Assembly (NCBI GenBank): GCA_038043465.1
Contig: JBBTBX010000009.1
Coordinates: 34,710 to 98,709 of the forward strand
Reading direction: 5' to 3'
From: Pseudomonadota bacterium
GTDB taxonomy: Bacteria > Pseudomonadota > Alphaproteobacteria > Rickettsiales > SXRF01
Length of the DNA: 64,000 nucleotides
Under the pieces are notes generated by a model that was not told the origin of the DNA, searched no databases, and was given only the letters and a program-made list of their open reading frames with translations. The position numbers and the translations under genes are program-made. Shown piece after piece: positions 59,694 through 64,000 of the stretch (position 1 is the stretch's first letter; each line of letters opens with the position of its first letter).

Positions 59694-60704
59694 CTAAACC
59701 AAAACATCCGTCCATAATTCCGATTCAGGAGGCACTGGGGATTTCTGGGCAAAATCGGCGGCTTCTGCTACAATTGCTTTTATTTCCTTATCGATTTCTT
59801 TCAGAGAATCTTCACTGGCATATTTGTCTTTAATCAGGCGCGTTTTCAAACCTTCAATCGGGTCGTGGTGCTCCTTGTAATCTTCGACTTCTTCTTTGCT
59901 GCGATATTTTGCCGGATCAGACATTGAATGACCACGATAGCGGTAGGTTTTCATTTCAAGCAGGAATGGACCTTTGCCGGCGCGAACATGTGCAACTGCT
60001 TCCTGACCAGCTTCACGCACTGCTACCACATCCATACCATTAACCTGCCTGCCAATAATACCAAAACCTTCGCCACGTTTATAAAGCTCAGTAGTGGCGT
60101 GGCTGCGTTTGGTGGAAGTACCCATCGCATATTCGTTATTCTCAATAATGTAAATTACTGGCAGTTTCCACAGGCTTGCCATGTTGAACGCTTCATAAAC
60201 CTGCCCTTGATTGACCGAACCATCACCAAAATATACGAGGCTCAAATTTCCATTCTCGCGGTATTTATGAGCGAAAGCTATGCCCGTTCCCAGCGGCACT
60301 TGCGCGCCAACGATTCCATGCCCGCCATAAAAATGCTTCTCGGTGGAGAACATGTGCATCGAGCCACCCTTGCCTTTGGAAAAACCATCAATGCGGCCAG
60401 TAAGCTCCGCCATAATTCCTTTCGGATCCATACCGCAAGCGAGCATATGACCATGATCGCGGTAGCTGGTTATCACCGCATCATTTGGGGTGATGCAGCT
60501 TTGCATGCCAACCACCACTGCTTCCTGCCCGATATATAAATGGCAGAAACCGCCGATAAGCCCCATACCATAAAGCTGACCAGCTTTTTCTTCAAAGCGG
60601 CGAATCATCAACATTTCACGATATAAGGAAAGCAGGAGTTCTTTAGATACTGGTTTGTTCACGCTGCTTATTTCACTCACCACTGTTTTTGCCGCTTTAG
60701 ACAT
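59694..60704 (-). CDS. pdhA: Pyruvate dehydrogenase E1 alpha subunit
   Basis: TPP motif GDGSVNQG...NN(E)YAMGT and RFEEKAGQLYGMGLIGGFCHLYIGQEA. Confidence 0.97.
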   Translation of the reverse strand: MSKAAKTVVSEISSVNKPVSKELLLSLYREMLMIRRFEEKAGQLYGMGLIGGFCHLYIGQEAVVVGMQSCITPNDAVITSYRDHGHMLACGMDPKGIMAELTGRIDGFSKGKGGSMHMFSTEKHFYGGHGIVGAQVPLGTGIAFAHKYRENGNLSLVYFGDGSVNQGQVYEAFNMASLWKLPVIYIIENNEYAMGTSTKRSHATTELYKRGEGFGIIGRQVNGMDVVAVREAGQEAVAHVRAGKGPFLLEMKTYRYRGHSMSDPAKYRSKEEVEDYKEHHDPIEGLKTRLIKDKYASEDSLKEIDKEIKAIVAEAADFAQKSPVPPESELWTDVLV

Positions 60705-60850
60705 GAAAACTCCAAAAAATATAATATGAATTATATATGATAATAAACCGGTATAAAGCAGAAAAACAACCTGTTTTGCAAGAGTTTAATCAAGATTTTT
60801 GTGCTGCACTGCAATATGGATGAGGGGTAATTGGATGATTAGATAACTGA

Positions 60851-60907
60851 AGAAAAGAGTTTACTTAACTGCCAAATCCTTTAGTAATCTAGTCATCTTA
60901 ATATATA
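60851..60907 (+). repeat. Left copy of the direct repeat bracketing the pilin-like gene
   Basis: 47/50 identical to 61871-61920. The offset is exactly 1020 nt. Confidence 0.85.
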
Positions 60908-60962
60908 AATTATTTCAGTTTATGTCCTAAATACTTATGCCAAAAAATCTACTGAATAACTT

Positions 60963-60999
<37 letters not shown>

Positions 61000-61014
61000 A
61001 ATTCCGAATTTTCC

Positions 61015-61794
61015 ATGCCTAATATTAGGGGGTTTACTCTAATTGAACTGTCCATAACCTTAGTTATCATAGGGCTAATTATCGGTGCCATTCTAGTCGG
61101 ACAGAATATGATTAATAGTGCCAGACTACGCTCAGTAGCGTCAGAACTGGTAAATTTTGAAACTGCAACAAACACTTTTATGTTAAAATATAATTGCTTG
61201 TCTGGCGATTGCTCCAACGCCACCCAATTCTTTGGAGTTAATAGCAATGGTTGCCCTGATGGCAATAGCTACACAGGCACATGCGATGGTGACGGCGATG
61301 GCTTCATAGGTACTGGTGATGGATGGAATGACTTTGAAGGCAATGAATGGTATCGTTATTGGCAACAACTAGCACAAGCAGGATTAATTTCCGGAATATT
61401 TACCGGCATGTCTGAAGCTGGGTCTTGTGGTGGTAAATGCGTAAGCACCCTTAATGCAAATGTTCCAACATCAAAAGCCTTTGTTAGTGGCGGATATTCT
61501 GGATGGATTGAAGATCCCGCAGGGGCAGTTGATTATTTTAACACTACGCATAAAAAAGATATTTATATCTTTGGCGCAGCAACTTCTAATTATATATCAA
61601 ACACCCCTATAATATCACCAGCTGATGTTTACTACATTGATGCTAAAATTGATGATGGACTGGTTATATCAGGTAAAGTTACGACTGATAGATCATCTTC
61701 CTGCCCGACGAGCAATGATAATGTTACAGCAAAATATGATCTAGCAAGCAGCAGCCTGTCTTGTATCTTGATATACCGCCCTGATCTTCAGTAA
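61015..61794 (+). CDS. Prepilin-type N-terminal cleavage/methylation domain protein
   Basis: Canonical short leader MPNIRG|FTLIELSITLVIIGLIIG from ATG 61015. The ORF is also open from ATG 60937, through the (AG)14 tract. Confidence 0.8.
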   Translation: MPNIRGFTLIELSITLVIIGLIIGAILVGQNMINSARLRSVASELVNFETATNTFMLKYNCLSGDCSNATQFFGVNSNGCPDGNSYTGTCDGDGDGFIGTGDGWNDFEGNEWYRYWQQLAQAGLISGIFTGMSEAGSCGGKCVSTLNANVPTSKAFVSGGYSGWIEDPAGAVDYFNTTHKKDIYIFGAATSNYISNTPIISPADVYYIDAKIDDGLVISGKVTTDRSSSCPTSNDNVTAKYDLASSSLSCILIYRPDLQ

Positions 61795-61870
61795 ATAATC
61801 CATAAGGTTGTGCTATAATGATTGTTTCCTATGCCGCAATATGGATAGTTATACGGCAAGCCGGCTATAA

Positions 61871-61928
61871 AGAAAAAAGTTTACTTAACCGCCAAATCCT
61901 TTAGTAATCTGGTCATCTTATAATATAT
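61871..61928 (+). repeat. Right copy of the direct repeat, upstream of parE
   Basis: See 60851-60907. Confidence 0.85.
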
Positions 61929-61947
61929 TCATCCAGTCATCTCACAT

Positions 61948-63924
61948 ATGTCCGATCTATTTACATCCAAAAACAATAACATAAATTCTTCCTATACCGC
62001 CGAAGATATCGAGGTATTGGAAGGGCTTGAGCCGGTGCGCCGTCGCCCGGGGATGTATATAGGCGGAACCGATGAAACCGCCATGCACCATCTCGTCAAT
62101 GAGATTTTTGATAATGCTATGGACGAAGCAGTGGCAGGGTTTGCCGATTCCATAGAGTTTGAGGTTAAGCCGGATAATATAATAATAGTGCGCGATAATG
62201 GGCGCGGGATTCCAATTGACCCGCATCCTAAATTCCCGAAAAAATCGGCGATGGAAGTTATTATGACCATGCTCCATTCCGGCGGGAAGTTCGGTGGCAA
62301 GGTGTATGATACATCAGGCGGGCTGCATGGTGTTGGTATTTCGGTGGTGAATGCCCTTTCCGACTATATGGAAGTGGAGGTGGTGCGGAGTAAAACCGTC
62401 TATCGCCAGTCATATTCGCGTGGGGAACCGACCAGCAAGCTCATGAAAATTGGTGATGATCCGAAAGGACGGGGAACAACGGTTGCCTTTCGTCCTGACA
62501 CCCAGATTTTTGGCAAGGCTAAATTCCGCCCGGAAAAACTATATAAACTGGCACGCTCCAAAGCCTATCTGTTCCGTGGGGTTAAGATACGCTGGAAATG
62601 TGATAAGTCCCTGCTGCCTGAAGGCAGCGAAATACCAACGGAAGATACTATCCATTTCCCGAATGGTCTGCGTGATTTTCTCAGTCAACAATTGGAAGGC
62701 CGCGCAACCGTAACCTCGCAACCATTTTTCGGAGAAGCAGAACTTGCCGGAAAAATGGGACGCATCGAATGGGCGGTTGATTGGCCGGCGGATGAAGAAT
62801 CATATATAAGCACTTATTGTAATACAATTCCAACACCTGATGGCGGAACCCACGAAACGGGACTGCGCTCTGCTATCAATAAAGGTATCCGCGCTTATGG
62901 CGAGCTTACCAATAATAAAAAAATTACACAGGCACAGGGTGAAGATATTTTAGGTGGGGCGGTGATTGTGCTGTCGCTATTCATCCGTGACCCACAGTTC
63001 CAGGGGCAAACCAAAAACCGCCTGGTGAGCGCGGAAGCAGCGCGGCTGGTGGAAAACGCCATGCGTGACCATTTTGATCATTACCTAAGTGGTGACACGG
63101 AAAATAGTACCAAATTAATGAATGTAATCATCCAACGTTTGGAAGAACGCCTGCGCCGTAAATCGGAAAAAGAAGTCAGCCGCAAAGCTGTGACCACCCG
63201 CCTGCGCCTTCCGGGAAAACTAGCTGACTGCTCGCGCTCCACCAATAAAGGCACCGAGATTTTCATTGTGGAAGGTGACTCAGCAGGTGGCAGCGCGAAA
63301 CAAGCAAGAAACCGTGAAACTCAGGCGATTTTACCGCTACGCGGAAAAATCCTGAATGTCGCCAGCGCATCACTTGATAAAATCAAGGCCAATCAGGAAC
63401 TTTCTGATCTCGTTCTAGCTCTTGGTTGTGGCAGTGGTTCGCATTACACGCCCGACGCGCTGCGCTATGAAAAAGTAATTATCATGACCGATGCTGACGT
63501 GGACGGCGCGCATATAGCTTCGCTGCTCATGACCTTTTTCTATCAGGAAATGCCGAGCCTGATTTCTGGTGGACATTTATTCCTTGCCCGCCCTCCTCTG
63601 TTCCGCATCACCATCAGTAACCAGACTTACTACGCGCAGGATGAAAAAGAGAAAACCCAGATAATCGCCAAACACGCCAAAGGTAATGCCAAAGTCGAGG
63701 TTGGTCGTTTTAAAGGTCTAGGAGAAATGACTCCGCCGCAGCTTAAAGAAACCACCATGAATCCGGAAAACCGGATATTGTTGAAAGTCCTGATTGATAG
63801 TGATGATAGCGAACGCACTTCCGAGCGCGTTGAACAGCTGATGGGACGCAAACCCGAACACCGCTTTACCTTCATTCAGGAACAAACCCGCGACCGGGTG
63901 GTGATTGATGAGCTGGATGTTTAA
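61948..63924 (+). CDS. parE: DNA topoisomerase IV subunit B
   Basis: GHKL ATPase (LEGLEPVRRRPGMYIGGT), Toprim EGDSAGGSAK and PLRGKILNV. The 658-aa length fits ParE rather than GyrB. Confidence 0.9.
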   Translation: MSDLFTSKNNNINSSYTAEDIEVLEGLEPVRRRPGMYIGGTDETAMHHLVNEIFDNAMDEAVAGFADSIEFEVKPDNIIIVRDNGRGIPIDPHPKFPKKSAMEVIMTMLHSGGKFGGKVYDTSGGLHGVGISVVNALSDYMEVEVVRSKTVYRQSYSRGEPTSKLMKIGDDPKGRGTTVAFRPDTQIFGKAKFRPEKLYKLARSKAYLFRGVKIRWKCDKSLLPEGSEIPTEDTIHFPNGLRDFLSQQLEGRATVTSQPFFGEAELAGKMGRIEWAVDWPADEESYISTYCNTIPTPDGGTHETGLRSAINKGIRAYGELTNNKKITQAQGEDILGGAVIVLSLFIRDPQFQGQTKNRLVSAEAARLVENAMRDHFDHYLSGDTENSTKLMNVIIQRLEERLRRKSEKEVSRKAVTTRLRLPGKLADCSRSTNKGTEIFIVEGDSAGGSAKQARNRETQAILPLRGKILNVASASLDKIKANQELSDLVLALGCGSGSHYTPDALRYEKVIIMTDADVDGAHIASLLMTFFYQEMPSLISGGHLFLARPPLFRITISNQTYYAQDEKEKTQIIAKHAKGNAKVEVGRFKGLGEMTPPQLKETTMNPENRILLKVLIDSDDSERTSERVEQLMGRKPEHRFTFIQEQTRDRVVIDELDV

Positions 63925-63933
63925 GGAGAAAAT

Positions 63934-64000
63934 ATGTCAGACAATATTAAAAATCGTGATGGAAATCTGGTAACAGTTGATTTCACCCAAAAATCCGCAC
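63934..64000 (+). CDS. 5' end of a CDS that runs off the right edge (MSDNIKNRDGNLVTVDFTQKSA...)
   Basis: ATG 63934 is preceded by AAGGAG (63923-63928). The frame is open to the window end. Confidence 0.4.
   Translation, partial: MSDNIKNRDGNLVTVDFTQKSA

Noticed and set aside
61948-63924. Whether the type IIA topoisomerase B subunit is GyrB.
   Set aside because: At 658 aa it lacks the roughly 150-170-aa insertion typical of proteobacterial GyrB. I therefore call it ParE. A phylogeny would settle this.

Overview
This is a chromosomal segment of alphaproteobacterial type. That assignment is an inference from gene content: a split E1-alpha/E1-beta PDH, DUF4167/DUF983/DUF3108-type genes, and the str-S10-spc gene order. 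No database search was possible. The genome looks like that of a repeat-riddled, possibly host-associated lineage.

Layout:
- 1-13.7 kb, minus strand: ribosomal superoperon rpsL-rpsG-fusA-tuf-rpsJ-rplC...rpsE.
- 14-40 kb and 43-53 kb: housekeeping genes (M23 peptidase, clpB, prmC-prfA-hisS, ispG, rodZ-like, lysC, rimI, ubiG, an L,D-transpeptidase/MepK-like pair, aspS, udg, glmU, rmuC, era-rnc-lepB, ilvC, lpdA). Small orphan ORFs are scattered among them.
- 40.2-42.8 kb: visibly AT-rich luxR/luxI quorum-sensing islet with a translationally coupled unknown ORF.
- 53.4-60.7 kb: the pdhA-pdhB-pdhC-lpdA operon, interleaved with three MNT/HepT pairs and one Phd/VapC toxin-antitoxin pair. This is the most unusual gene-level feature.
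- 61.9-63.9 kb: parE.

Three orphan prepilin-like paralogues are present. One lies behind an (AG)14 tract and is bracketed by 50-nt direct repeats.

The non-coding space contains several small repeat families:
1. Elements whose arms are tandem 7-9 nt repeats. They occupy intercistronic spacers of the ribosomal operon and other operons, and half-copies lie in frame inside two CDSs.
2. A CGTCATTGCGAG...CTCGCAATGACG palindromic element in 3 copies, one apparently in frame inside era.
3. A ~105-bp hairpin-containing repeat in 2 copies.
4. A 152-bp TIR element.

I found no rRNA, tRNA, CRISPR array, transposase or integrase. All functional calls rest on motif recognition by eye and on synteny.
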